A stretch of DNA of 64,000 nucleotides, taken from the NCBI RefSeq assembly GCF_902713615.1, contig NC_052170.1, positions 12,696,744-12,760,743 of the forward strand. The letters run 5' to 3'. Below, piece after piece: positions 12,046-24,714 of this stretch (within the stretch, counting starts at the first letter, position 1; each line of letters begins with the position of its first letter). This DNA comes from Scyliorhinus canicula. Lineage: Eukaryota. A program made the translations under genes and the position numbers. A model generated the notes under the pieces. That model saw nothing but the letters and a program-made list of their open reading frames with translations. It was not told where the DNA came from and searched no databases.

Positions 12046-14044
12046 CCCTGTATATAAATATTCCATAAGACGTAGGAGCAGAAATAGGCCATTCGACCCA
12101 TCAAGTCTGCTCTGCCATTCAATGAGATTATGGCTGATCTATCATAGCTTAATTCTCCATGGAGGTTAGCAATGAGTTATCCCAGGGCTCTGAGGAGATG
12201 AGGTCAACGTCCAGATAATAGGTTCCATTGGGGCGATGCGTCGCTGACATTTTTGGCGTGCATCAATATTAATCTTGCACTTGGGTGCAGAAATTTAAAG
12301 TGGGCTACAAGTGTTGCTTCATTAACAGTGCAGTGACTGCTGGGATATGGTTTTTCAGTCAATTCCTCAGTTGAACTGTGCCTGAGTGAGCAGGAATTAC
12401 AGGACCTGTCCTGCCAATGAATAGCTCACTACCAGCTTGGAACACCTTCGTCCCCTTTTCGAGAAATTGATGGTAAATGCTTGCATCAGATCTTCCAGCA
12501 CTTCCTGAAGCGAACACCACATTCTTACACAGCCTCAGATTAGTCATTCCTCATACCTCTGTGGCAGCGGCTGCAATTGGAATCCTTACGAGTTCCTGTT
12601 CAATGTGCACGCTTCAGATCCAGATGAGGTCATTCCCAAAGTCTGCCACAAGACACTGCAATGATTTGGATTTAGTGTGTGTCTGTAACCAGACCCCCCT
12701 CGAGGATAAAGAATGAGGTACAATATACCCTTTATAGAACGAGGACTGTAATCAGATCAGTATTGGACGTGACTTGTTTTCTACAGACAGTTCCAAATGG
12801 ACTGGGAGCCAATATTGTGGGATGAAGTCTAGGAAACGTGATTGAAATGTTTTTGAAGAGTTTTGGGTTTTAAATTCCTCGCAGAATACACTGTAACTCG
12901 AGTATTCAAAACAAAAACACAATCTAAACAGGATCTTATGGTATAATTGAATCACGCCCCGTTGCGCAGGGGATCGAGAACTGTAAAACAAATAATTGCA
13001 CCATCACTGAGATATAACTCACACAGTCACTTTGGAGCTGGGAGGAGAACGAGTATGAATCTCCGAGCTCCCTCCGGTTGATTTGGCACTTGCCTGATGA
13101 GGTGTTTGACCTTTTTATGGGACGATCTTCCGAGAGGGTCATGTAACCTGGATAAACAATCAGGGACCCGACTGGGGGATCACAGTAGAAGAGTGGGTTT
13201 CTGTATCGGTTCGATCCTAGAATCTGACTCGTAGCCACGAGGCTGCAAGCCTCTGCATTGTAGTTATTGGGAAATAAACGTTGCCGCTGTTATTTACCCA
13301 ACTGGTGAATGGGAAATATTATATTGGCGATGAGGATAAAAGACAAAAAAGTGGTCCCAAAATCGAGAGTATTAAGTCACAATGAAGTTCAGTTTGAGTT
13401 GAGAAACAATGTTTGCAGATCGGCCCTTATTCGGACAGATAGATCCATTTGATGCCTCTGTGGAGGATCGGGCACAATACCCTGAACGTTTGGGCTACAT
13501 TTTTCCGGCCAATGGAACAGAGGAGGAAGGCAAGAGAAAGGCAATCCTTCTGAGTGCGTGTGGGACCCAGGCTTACATTTGAATACGCAGCCTCACATCC
13601 CCAAGTGTGTCCTACTCCAAGCCATTTGCTGAGATAGTTGAATTAGTGAATAGACATGGCCACCCGAAGCCATCGGTAATATTGGAGCGATTTAAGTTTA
13701 ACTCAACCGGGAGAGCCCCCTGGGGCAATTTTCTTTAGCAAGTTAACACAGATCGCAGAGCACCGCGACTTCGGAGCCACTCTCGATGACATGCTGCGGG
13801 ACCACTTAGTCTGTGGGGTTAATAATGAGGCCATCCAAAGGAAGCTATTAACAGGCAGATATAAATTTTGAGAGGTTATCTGGAGATAATGATAATGGAG
13901 AGCTGCGGGAAGGGCACACAGGAGCTTCAGAGCCCACAAAATAGCACAGTCCACCTGTTAGCTCGGGAAGCTGCAGTCAGTAGTGGCGTCAAAAATGAAG
14001 ATGTAATTTTAAAATGGGAAGCAAATACAGTAGAGCGAGAAGAT

Positions 14045-14378
14045 TTAGAACATAGAACAGTACAGCACAGAACAGGCCCTTCGGCCCTTAATGTTGTGCC
14101 GAGCAATGATCACCCTACTCAAGCCAACGTATCCACCCTATACCAGTAACCCCCCCCCCATTAACCTTATTATTTAGGACACTAAGGGCAATTCAGCACG
14201 GTCAATCCACCTAACCCGCACATCTTTGGACTGTGGGAGGAAACCGGAGCACCCGGTGGAAACCTACGCACACGCGGGGAGGACGTGCAGACTCCGCACA
14301 GACAGTGACCCAGCCGGGAACTGAACCTGGGACCCTGGAGCTGTGACGCATTGAAGCTAACCACCATGCTACCGTGCT
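14045..14378 (-). mobile_element. HE1-like V-SINE inside the Gypsy element
   Basis: Full body and tail. Confidence 0.88.
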
Positions 14379-15519
14379 GGAGTGTTAGGTGGACACGTAG
14401 GTGGAGTGTTACCGATGCGGGGGTAATCATTTCCCTAAAGCCTGCCGGTAGAAAGAGGCTGAATGTTTCTTCTGCCACAGAAAAGGTCACTTAAGGCATC
14501 GATGTAAATGTAAGTCAAGTCTACCCAGTAACAGAGTTAATAATACATCGCAAGTGTATAATATAGAAGAGTCCAGTACTCCGGTTTCAGTCATTGTTCA
14601 ATATGAAAGGGGCCAAAGTAGCCCTAATCACTGTGATTCTTTTGGTCATTGGTTGGCCCTTATTGATAGATGTTGGCACAGGAGCCTCTGCCATGGTGAT
14701 AGGAGAACATACGTTTCGATATTTACAAGGAGGCCAGCCATTCACGCTTGAGGGGTAAAACCAACAACTTACACAGGAGAAGCCATCAGGATGAAGGGTA
14801 CCAGCACAGTAGCTGCAAGCTCTCAGCAGGAGACCACTCCACCACCCAATAATAATATTGTCAGGCCAAGGGCCAAGTCTTCTGGGCCATGATTGTCTCA
14901 CAGAAATCAAGTTAAACTGGATGAAGATCCTCCAAGTAAGGGAAGAATTTGGGTTTGAGGCCTGAGTTAGTGAACAAGTTTGAGAATGTTTTTTGTGATA
15001 AGTTAGGTAAAATAAAGGGCCTCCAGGTAAAGATCTTTGTCGATCCAGAGGCAATCCCTCATTTTTTTAGAACGACACCAGTGCCATACACCTCGTGAGA
15101 AAGATGGGACATGGAATTGAAGAAATTGGAAAAACTGGGTATCATCCAGCCAGTTCAATTTGCCGGGTGGGCAGCACCCATAGTACCCGTGATAAAGCCT
15201 GACAATACCGTCTGCACCTATGAAGACTGCAAATTCACAGTTAATCAGGCTTCCAAGTTAGATAAGTATTCAATCCCCAAGATTGAAGACTTGTAAACAT
15301 AGCTGGCTGGAAATCAGTCTTCTATACAAAGCTAGATATGAGCCGTGCATATTAGCAACCTGAGTTAGACAAGGCTTCCCGAGGTTACGTTATGATAAAC
15401 ACGCACAACAGTTTGTTTCAGTATACGCGCCTACCCTTTGGTGTGTTGTCGGCATGTGCTATTTTACAGAGAACAATGGAAAGTCACTCTCTGCCATGAG
15501 TCATAGTGTACCTGGATGA

Positions 15520-15729
15520 TGTTTTGATTTTTTAAAATTTTAAGTGCCCAATTCTTCTTTTTCCAATTAAGCGGCAATTTAATGTGGCCAATCCACCTAC
15601 CTGGTGAGACCCACGCAGACATGGGGGGAATACATAAACTCCACACGGACAGTGACCCGGGGCCGGGTCCAAATCCGGGTCCATCACCACTGTGATGCAA
15701 CAGTGCTAACCACTGTGCCACCGTGCCGT
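15520..15729 (-). mobile_element. Short A-tailed SINE inserted in the Gypsy RT YLDD motif
   Basis: Flanks CCTGGATGATGTTTTGAT / CCCGGATGATTTTTTGAT (16 of 18). Confidence 0.85.
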
Positions 15730-15864
15730 CCCCGGATGATTTTTTGATAACTGGATCATTAGAGGTTGAGCACCTAGCTAACTTAGAGGAGGTGCCAAAG
15801 ATATTTCATGAGGCTGGAGGAGGGAAAATGTTACTCTTCAAACCACGGAGGTCTCACATTGATC

Positions 15865-16090
15865 GGGCGGCACGCGGCACAGTGGTTAGCACTGCTGTCT
15901 ATGGCGCTGAGGACCCGGGTTCGGCTCCCACCCTTGGGTCACTGTCCGCCTGAATTTGCACATTCTCCCCGTGTCTGTGTGGGTTTCACCCCCAGAACCC
16001 AAAGATGTGCTGGTTAGGCGGATTGGCCACGCTAAATTGCCCCTTCATTGGAACAAAATGAATCGGGCACTCTAAATTTATTTTTAAAAA
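15865..16090 (+). mobile_element. Short A-tailed SINE
   Basis: Same body; no TSD seen (adjacent deletion in the Gypsy element). Confidence 0.82.
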
Positions 16091-17054
16091 AGGAATGCTG
16101 AATTTCAAAATTCCACCTCCTTAAATGGTATCAGGGCTGCACCTTCCCACTCAGCATCCAATGGTTTGGCTGCACGAGCAGTCCAAACCTTCAAGGCCGG
16201 CATTAAGAAGCAGTCAGGGGTGACCCTGGAGACCAGACTCTCACAGTTCCTCTGGGCTATAGAACCACTCCGCACTTTACAACAGGAGGTGTTGATTGGC
16301 CGGTGTCTTTGGACAGGCGACGTCTGGTGTTTCCGAATGTGCCGGGGAGGGTAGTGATCAGATGGTGCAGCCGGAAGAACAATCATGATTGAGGCAAATT
16401 AACAAGGTGGTTGTCAGTGGAGGAAACCGTGTGTGTGTGGGAGAAACTTTGGAAGCAGCTCGAGTTGGGCCCCAGGAATTGTTGCATCAAAAACAAGACC
16501 TTTGCTTTATGAAGCGAATGTCTAAGGAAGAATCATCCGGAAGCATGTGGACCATTTACGGGGAAGAGAAATGTCCCAGCAGCCAGTATGGCCACCTGAA
16601 ACCATGTTGCCAGCAGGAAACGGTGTTGACTATCCAGCTGGTGAAGTACCGAGCCAGCCCATGACAGGCAAGTCCATCGTCCCCATGGAAACGGATGAAG
16701 CTGGGTTACCTGTACCTGAGGAGATGCCGGGTTGGTTTCTGTATGAAGCTCCCCAGTGGAGGCACCGCCGATAGAGGAGTTACACCACCCACTAGTAATC
16801 GCAAACTACCTAAAAGACTCAATTCATGATGGACTGATTGCGTGTGTTTAATGCTCCAAATCTCTGCATTGTAGTTGTGGGTAAATAAACGTTGCAGTTG
16901 TTATTTAGCGATGAATGGGAAATATGGCATCTGTCAATGGTTCGAGCTGGAATCTAACCCAATTGTTCAATGTCTACTGTGACCACAATGGTCAGATCCA
17001 CCTGTCATGACAGTGTTGCTGTTTGCGAAGGTACCCCGGGCCTCCATTGCTCCA

Positions 17055-17592
17055 CCATCGTTAACTGGGCCCCGTATCTAAGGAAGGACGTGCTGGCCTT
17101 GGAAAGGGTCCAGAAGAGGTTCACAAGAATGATCCCTGGAATGAAGAGCTTGTCATATGAGGAGCGGTTGAGGACTCTGAGTCTGTACTCAGAGTTTAGA
17201 AGGATGAGGGGGGGTCTTATTGAAACTTACAGGATACTGTGAGGCCTGGATAGAGTGGGCGTGGAGAGGATGTTTCCACTTGTAGGAAAAACTAGAAGCA
17301 GAGGACACAATCTCAGACTAAAGGGACGATCCTTTAAAACAGAGATGAGGAGGAATTTCTTCAGCCAGAGGGTGGTGAATCTGTGGAACTCTTTGCTGCA
17401 GAAGGCTGCGGAGGCCAAATCACTGAGTGTCTTTAAGACAGAGATAGATAGGTTCTTGATTAATAAGGGGGTCAGGGGTTATGGGGAGAAGGCAGGAAAA
17501 TGGGGATAAGAAAAATATCAGCCATGATTGAATGGCAGAGCAGACTCGATGGGCCGAGTGGCCTAATTCTGCTCCTCTGTCATATGGTCTTA
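17055..17592 (+). mobile_element. CR1 LINE 3' end
   Basis: KDVLALERVQKRFTRMIPG, GHNLRLKG, FFSQRVVNLWNSL, plus the 3' hairpin tail. Confidence 0.9.
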
Positions 17593-18229
17593 AGGAAGAC
17601 GTGAGAGCTCAGGGCTTGGTGCTTCTCACTAATTACATCTCAAAGGCTAGTCAAAACAGGATCTTATGGTTATAATTGAATCATACTCCATTGCACAAGG
17701 GAACAAGAACTGGAAAACAAATAATTGCACCATCGCTGGGGTTCCTCTTCCCGCTGAGGTGCATCACAGTTGCTTTGCAGAAGGAAGGAGAGCAGCATGA
17801 ATAGTCTAGCCCGCTCCCTGTTGTTTTGGCACATGTCCGTCACCAGCCTTTATTCTACAGGTACGAGTTTGACATTCTGACTTTCATTTGTCTCTTTAAC
17901 TCTACATCAACGACTCAGTTGAGTTTGGGAATGGGAAAGCACGGCTTTTGGATTTACGCCCGGGATTGAGTGGATGTTGACGTGTTCTTAAATGAATTGT
18001 GTCTAGTTGGAGGAGTGATCGTTTTATTGTGTTTTGCGGAGTGGGATACTCTGGGAATAAGACCTGAAGGTGGTGGGTTTATTCAGCTGTCACACTAGGT
18101 TCCATTTAGTCTCTCAGGTTTGATTGCACCTGTTTTAAATGGTATTCTCTTCGTTTCACTTCAGTACTTTATATTTCTATGTATTGACATAATTTGTGCG
18201 AAAGCTGACAAGACGTCGTACTGCAGTGT

Positions 18230-18670
18230 GTGCGGGAATGGCGATATATTACCATGTCAGGATAGTGAATGACTTGGAGCCAAACCTCCAACTGGTGGTG
18301 TTCCCTTGTATCCTTCGCCCTGGCCCTGCTTGGTGGTCAAGGTTGCGGGTTTGGAAGTTGCTGTCTCAGGTTCCTTGGTGAGATGCTGCCGTGCATCTTG
18401 TTAACGGTACGCACACTGCCGCCACTGTGCGCCGGTGGTGGAGGAAGCGCATGTTTAATGTGGTGGATGGATGTGCCGATGGAACAGGCTGCTTTGCCCT
18501 GGGTTTTGTCAAGTTTCTTGAGAAGTTGCTGGAGCCACACTCAACCAGGCGAGTGGAGAGCTGAGGGCGTTCCATCGCACCCCTGGGGGTGAACGGTGGA
18601 CAGGTTAGAGCAAGCCAGGAGGTGAGTTACTTGCTGCAGAATTCCCACACTCTGAATTGCTCCGGTAGCC
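18230..18670 (-). mobile_element. CR1/L2-like LINE ORF2 C-terminal fragment
   Basis: KLDKTQGKAACSIGT..LHHRRTVAAVC..KMH....PRNLRQQLPNP. Confidence 0.65.
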
Positions 18671-18783
18671 TCAGTATTTAGTGGATTGGATTTGTTTATT
18701 GTCACGTGTGCCGAAGCACAGCGAAAAGTATTTTTCTGCGATCAGCTCAAACAGATCATTTAGTACATGAAAATAAAATACAT

Positions 18784-18985
18784 CGCTGAGGTCCCAGGTT
18801 CGATCCTGGCTCTGGGTCACTGTCCGTGTGGAGTTTGCACATTCTCCCTGTGTCTGCGTGGGTTTCGCCCCCACAACCCAAAGATGTGCAGGGTAGGTGG
18901 ATTGGCCACGCTAAATTGCCCCTTAATTAGAAAAAATAATTGGGTAACCTAAATTTATTATTTTTTTTTTTTAATTTAAAAAAAA
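18784..18985 (+). mobile_element. 5'-truncated short A-tailed SINE with 15-bp TSD
   Basis: TSD GAAAATAAAATACAT (18769-18783 / 18986-19000). Confidence 0.9.
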
Positions 18986-19507
18986 GAAAATAAAATACAT
19001 AATAGGGCAACGTAATGTACACAATGTAAATACATAGACACCGGCATTGGGTGAAACATACAGGGGTGTAGTGTTAATCAGGTCATTTAGGAGTCTGGTA
19101 ACAGCGGGGAAGAAGCTGTTTTTGAATCTGTTCATGCGTGTTCTCAGACTTTTATATCTCCTGCCCTTTATCTATATGTACATATAAAGTATATATATTA
19201 CATACTTTTATATGTGACTGCTCCAGTTAATTTCTGGTGGGTGATGGTAATGCCATTGAATGTCAATGAGAGATTATTACATTTCTTCCTGTTGTGGATG
19301 GGGACTGCTTGGCATCTGTGTGTCATCAATGTTACCCACGCTACAATTTAGTAGATATGGGGTTGTGAACGGTTCGGGAAACTGTGCAGTCATCAGGGAA
19401 CACACCCCTGAGGCAGCACCCTACACAGAGAGATTGTTGTGTGTCCTCTGTGCTATTGAGGATCACCTGAGATTGATTTAGTTCGATTTTCATGAATACA
19501 TGTTGTC

Positions 19508-19739
19508 GGGCAGCACGGTGGCACAGTGGTTAGCATTGCTGCCTACGGCGCTGAGGACCCGGGTTCAAATCCCGGCCCTGGGTCACTGTTCGTGTGGAGT
19601 TTGCACATTCTCCCCGTGTCTGCGTGGGTTTCGCCCCCACAACCCAAAAGATGTGCAGGTTAGGTGAATTGGCCACGCTAAATTGCCCCTTAATTGGAAA
19701 AAATAATTGGGTACTCTAAATTTATAAAAAGAAAAAAAA
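19508..19739 (+). mobile_element. Short A-tailed SINE with 16-bp TSD
   Basis: ATGAATACATGTTGTC / ATGAATATATGTTGTC. Confidence 0.92.
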
Positions 19740-19833
19740 ATGAATATATGTTGTCCTGAAGGTGCTGACTAAAGCCATCCCTTATCTTAGCAAATTGGCC
19801 AATGAAAGATTCTGGTGAAACGTCAGAGACCTG

Positions 19834-20501
19834 GGGTGAGATTCTCCGACCCCCCCCCCCCCCCCCCCTCCACCGGCCGGGTCGGAGAATCGCCGGGACC
19901 GGTGTGAATCCCGTCCCGCAGCCCCACCGCCGGCGGCCGAATTCTCTGGCGCCGGTTTTTTTGCGGGGTCGGGGATTGCGCCGCGCCAGTTGGGGGCCGT
20001 TGGCAGCGCCCCCCCCCCCCCCGGCAATACTCCACCCCGCGATGGGCCGAGCGGCCACCCGTTTTCGGCCAGTCCCGCCGGCGTGGATTAGACCAAGTCC
20101 TTACCGGCGGTACCTGGCTCTCCGGGCGGCCTGCGGAGTCCTCTGGGGAGGGCAGGGGGATCAGGCCCCGGGGAGGCCCCATGTTGGCCTGGCCCGCGAT
20201 CGGGGCCCACCGATCTGCGGGCCAGCCTGGGCTGTGGGGGCACTCCTTTCTTCTGCACCGGCCACTGTGAAGCTCCGCGATGGCCGTCGCGGAGAGGAAA
20301 CCCCCTGCGCATGCGCCAAATCGCACCGGCTGGCGGAGGCCCTTCGCCGCCGGTTGGCGTGGCGCCAACCCCTCCAGTGTGGCCTAGCCCCCGGAGGGGC
20401 AGAGGATTCCGCACCTTCCGGGCGGCCCCACGCCGGAGTCGTTGACGCCACTCCTTCGCGCCGATACAGCCCGCCCCGCTGGTTAGTGGAAAATCCCGCC
20501 C
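19834..20501 (+). mobile_element. GC-rich PIF/Harbinger-like MITE, copy 2
   Basis: Same TIRs (diverged), flanks CTG/TTG, collinear with copy 1. Confidence 0.75.
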
Positions 20502-20574
20502 TTGCTTCTCTCTCCACAGATGCTGTCAGACCTGCTGAGAATTTCCAGCATTTGCCATTGATGTTGTAGATTTA

Positions 20575-20804
20575 GGGCGGCACGGTGGCACAGTGGTTAG
20601 CATTGCTGCCTCACGGCGCTGAGGACCCGGGTTCGATCCCGGCTCTGGCTTACTGTCCGTGTGGAGTTTGCACATTCTCCCCATGTCTGCGTGGGTCTCA
20701 CCCCCACAACCCAAAAGATCTGCGGGGCAGGTGGATTGGCCATGCTAAATTGCCCCTTAATTGGAAAAAAAAGAATTGGCCACTCTAAATTTAAAAAAAA
20801 AATT
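20575..20804 (+). mobile_element. Short A-tailed SINE with 13-bp TSD
   Basis: ATGTTGTAGATTT (20561-20573 / 20805-20817). Confidence 0.92.
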
Positions 20805-20935
20805 ATGTTGTAGATTTTCAGAATTTTGTCAAGTCTCTCGATATTATTTTGCTTTTGTAGTGAGGTGTCGTACGCTGTGATTATGATTTAGAAATACCCA
20901 TCCCATGCCCTTATTAATTTGCATTTATATTCCAG

Positions 20936-21328
20936 GGAAAATTGGTTGCAATGCTCAACTTACAAAGAAAGTTTCTGGTGTGCTGAAGGGAGATGTGACA
21001 ATCACCTGTAAGTATGCAGAGTCCATCCAGGCAACGACATTGCCACCCAAAGCGACCAGAGAAATCTCCATTGTGAGGTTGGCTGAGCAACATAATCTGC
21101 AATGGTTACATTATAAACATGACCATAAAGATGCCCAGGTCATAATCGACACCAGTATCGTACACCGATGTCCTACCCCTTCACGTTATTCAAATTCGAT
21201 GGGCTCCCTTCACACTGCCCAACTCCACATCAGAGGATTACTCGTGTCAGATGCTGGATTCTATTTCTGCGTCACAGTTAACAGCAAGCTTCAAAGAGAG
21301 CCTGATGCATCGCAGCTGGTTATCAAAG
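20936..21328 (+). CDS. IgSF receptor exon: V-set Ig domain
   Basis: Acceptor tttatattccag at 20935, donor AAAG|GTGAGT at 21329; 393 nt, phase 1-1, open frame. Motifs VTITC (B strand), LQW (C strand), AQLHIRGLLVSDAGFYFC (E/F strands, DxGxYxC). Confidence 0.88.
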
Positions 21329-21669
21329 GTGAGTGCAGGTCCGTTGAAGTCCGGTCCCCCATGGCGAGTGTGCGAGCATCACGTTCCCAATTTGGATTGA
21401 AGAGGGACTTGCAAAGTCGGGACTAACTCCGCCGAAAACAGAAAGATGCCTGGAACGCCACGACTGGTCCGGCAGTATCTGTGGAGAGGGAAAACTTTAA
21501 GAGTCACACGGTCTCCAAACGGTAACTCTGTTTCTCTCCCCACGATGCAAGTCCCCACTGACTTGCAGGGTGTTCCCGGCATCTTTCTGTATTATTTCAG
21601 ATTTCCAAAGTCTGCAGTGCGTTTCTTTTATTTTTTTGGAAATAACGTATCCCGGGATGATTGGATTTA

Positions 21670-22270
21670 AAAAAAAAAATTTTTATTAAGGTTTTCACAA
21701 AATATAAACAACAAAACAATATTAACAAAACAACCATGGTAAAAACCCAAGAACAACAACCACCCAACTACATAAGCAACTACTAAAACAAAAAAAAAGC
21801 AAACAACAAAAAGGAAAGAGATAACACCCGCCACATCCAACAAACCCATGTACACAATTCTCCCTCCCACCCAACCAAATCCCCCACTCCTCCCCCCCAG
21901 GTTGCTGCTGCTGCCGGCCTATTTCCCTACCGTTCCACCAGGAAGAACAGGAAAGGCTGCCACCGCCTACTGTACTGATCCCCTCAGGGCAAATTTCACC
22001 TCCAATTTGATGAACCCCGCCATATCATTGATCCAGGCCTCCACGCTTGGGGGCCTCGCATCCTTCCATTGAAGCAAGATCCTCCGCCGGGCTACTAGGG
22101 ACGCAAAGGCCAGAACACCGGCCTCTATCGCCTCCTGCACTCCCGGCTCCACTGCAACTCCAAAAATTGCGAGTCCCCAGCCTGGCTTGACCCTGGATCC
22201 CACCACCCTCGACACCGTCCTTGCTACCCCCTTCTTCCAAAACTCCCCCAGCGCTTGGCATGCCCAGGGA
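21670..22270 (-). mobile_element. L1-clade LINE 3' end
   Basis: LAFASLVARRRILLQWKDARPP..WINDMAGFIKLEVKFALRGS; AATAAA end. Confidence 0.8.
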
Positions 22271-23849
22271 TGATTGGATATTGGCGGACAGCCTCAGGTG
22301 TTGTCTGATGTCCATTAGTCCCAGGAACTGAGCTTTCAGTCCTCAGCACGCGAGTGGAAACAGCCTGGGCCTCCCATCCAATCTGTCAGTAAGAAAATGG
22401 ATCATCTGTTGCTGTACTGAATCCTTGAAGAGACCCATGTCAGCCCAAGAAGGCCTGTTTGACAGTGAACAGTTGAGCTCAATCCATTTTCCACCCAAAG
22501 TCCACACATTTTTTCTAGCAAGCCTCAGCCAAAGGCAGTCACAAGTGGCGATATTGTCTTGCCCCTTCCTGATCCAGTTTAATCCAATTCATTGTCCTCC
22601 CATCGCCGATTGCGACACTCCCTGGACAAGATGCAGCCAAGATGCATTAACCCTGTGGGCAGACCAGGTAATAAACCCAAACGCCTTCTTCACCTGCATT
22701 TCTCAGGAATTTCCTGAGGGATACAGCACAAGGAAGGGTTGGGGGTTTCGGCAAAGGTTGGTGTCAAACCCGGTACAGGTTTGGAGGGCCTGGGCTGTAT
22801 TGTTCTTTGTTCTCAGTTGCTCGCTGAATGAGGCGCTTAACATACAGGAATTGGGAATGATTTGTTGCCATTTCAAAAAAGTGGGCAAGATTGCCTCTCT
22901 CGTGTTTTTCTTTTTTGGGACGTTGTACGAGCGGGAAATCAGCTTGCTCCTCTTTCAGCTCGGGGAACAATGTAGGACGGATGCAGGGTGGGGGTAGCTC
23001 AGCTTACTTACAGAGTAGCCAGCTGACAGATAGAGACGAGGAAAGTCCTCCTATTTGATCCCTAGCCTGTACTGAGTTAGCTGTCAACTGTTGGAAAATG
23101 GGACCTTGGAATCCCTGACTTGGAAGGGGAAAATGGTGGATGGTTCCTGGTTATCCTCCCTATCTCTGTAATCGCCTCCATCCCCCTCAACTTCAATGCT
23201 CCTCCAATTCTGACCTCCTGTGCTTCCATGTCCCATTGTTGTGGCCGTGCCCTCAGCTGCCTCGGGCCTACGATTTGGAGATCTCTCCCTTAACCTAACC
23301 GCCATCTTATACCATTTTTTTCTTTAAAGGCACTCCTTAAAACCTCTTTCTTCAACCAATCTTTTGGCCACCCCTCCCTATATCTCATTGTGGGCCTGTA
23401 TCAAAGTTGGAAATTAAATTAAAATGAAAATCGCTTTTTGTCACGAGTAGGCTTCAAATGAAGTGACTGTGAAAAGCCCCTAGTCGCCACATTCCGACGC
23501 CTGTTCAGGGAGGCTGGTACGGGAATTGAACCGTGCTGCTGACCTGCCTTGGTCTGCTTTAAAAGCCAGCGATTTAGCCCAGTGTGCTAAACCAGCCCGA
23601 CGCACCCATGATACACCTTGGGATGCTTAACGATATAAAAAGTGCATTTTATAAATGTAGGTTGCTGTTGTCAGTAGCTGCCCATCAATCTGTGCAGGTC
23701 CGTCCGTGTGAGGACACATTCAACGTGGTTGTCGTCGAAGGCATGGAGCAACTCAATGTCTGCAAGCATCCATCAGGCTGTTTGGGTGAGGGTGCAGATG
23801 GGTACAATCGCCTGGCGTGACCCAGTACCTTTAGCGCAGGCTGGGATTA

Positions 23850-24620
23850 GAGCTGGTTAGGCCATCACTGGAATACTGCGTGCAGTTCTGGTCACCACAT
23901 TAGAGGAAGGAATTGACTGCACTGGGGAGGGTGTAGAGGAGATTCGCCAGGATGTTGCCTGGACTGGAGGCTCTGAGCTATGAGGAGAGATTGGTTATGC
24001 TTGAGGCTGTTTTCTTGGAGCAGTGAAGATTGAGAGGGGGGGGGGTCTGATAGAATGTATAAGCTTGTGAGTGGCATTGGAAGGGTCAATAACCAGGGGG
24101 CATAGAATTAAGGTAAGAGATAGAAGGCTAAGAGGGTAGTTGAGGAGAAATGTTTTCATCCAGAGGGTGGTGAGAGTTTGGAACTCGCTGCCTGAAAGGA
24201 TGATTGAGTCAGAAAACTGGTAAAATTTTAAAAGTACTTAGATCTTCACTTGTGGGCAGCACGGTGGTGCAGTGGGTTAGCACTGCTGCCTCACGGCGCC
24301 GAGGTCCCAGGTTCGATCCCGGCTCTGGGTCACTGTCCGTGTGGAGTTTGCACATTCTCCCCGTGTCTGCGTGGGTTTCACCCCCACAACCCAAAGATGT
24401 GCAGGCTAGGTGGATTGAATATGCTAAATTGCCCCTTAATTGGAAAAAATGAATTGGGTACTCTAAATTTTTTTTAAAAGATCTTCACTTGTGCTGCCGT
24501 AACCTCCAGGTCTACAGTGCTGGAAAATGGGATGAATGTAGTCAGGTATTTGTTGACCAGCATGGACACAATGGGCCAAATAGTCTCCTTCTCTGCATTT
24601 ATTAATCTATGAGAGACGAG
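23850..24620 (+). mobile_element. Degenerate CR1 3' fragment (SINE inserted at 24253)
   Basis: LEYC.QFWSP and FHPEGGESLELAA-like remnants. Confidence 0.75.
24253..24478 (+). mobile_element. Short A-tailed SINE with 15-bp TSD
   Basis: AGATCTTCACTTGTG on both sides. Confidence 0.92.
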
Positions 24621-24714
24621 AACTGATGCGACACAAGAGCAAATAACCGTTCTCAACTTTTGTATGGTATGAATGTTGTTAAATGCAAATCATGTACCTA
24701 ATTAGTTACGAATG

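Larger units (their letters stand above)
13170..16925 (+). mobile_element. Degenerate Ty3/Gypsy LTR retrotransposon (gag-PR-RT-IN remnants, three SINE insertions)
   Basis: Matching LTR segments at ~13250-13323 and ~16862-16924; PBS TGGCGATGAGGAT at 13325 (tRNA-Ser-like); gag DPFD..ED..QY.ERL; RT start LEKLGIIQPVQFAGWAAPIVPV and YLDD; many stops and frameshifts. Confidence 0.8.

Noticed and set aside
12477-12716. 79-aa ORF as a candidate leader or exon of the receptor
   Set aside because: No h-region followed by a phase-1 donor and no recognisable domain.
19802-20569. 255-aa Pro/Arg/Ala-rich ORF and similar ORFs at 6543-7505, 44730-45681 and 63186-63866
   Set aside because: They are by-products of stop-poor GC-rich MITEs, open in many frames.
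21273-21300. Cryptic recombination signal (CACAGTT) just after the V-domain F-strand Cys codon
   Set aside because: The heptamer is 6 of 7, but the best nonamer match is 3 of 9 at a 12-bp spacer (5 of 9 at 11 bp), and the exon encodes its own G strand in frame; likely chance.
22330-22997. 190-aa plus-strand ORF between the V and C1 exons as an extra domain
   Set aside because: No Ig motifs or suitable splice sites; the minus strand runs into MDIRQHLRLSANIQS, resembling a LINE ORF2 start, so it is probably a LINE remnant.
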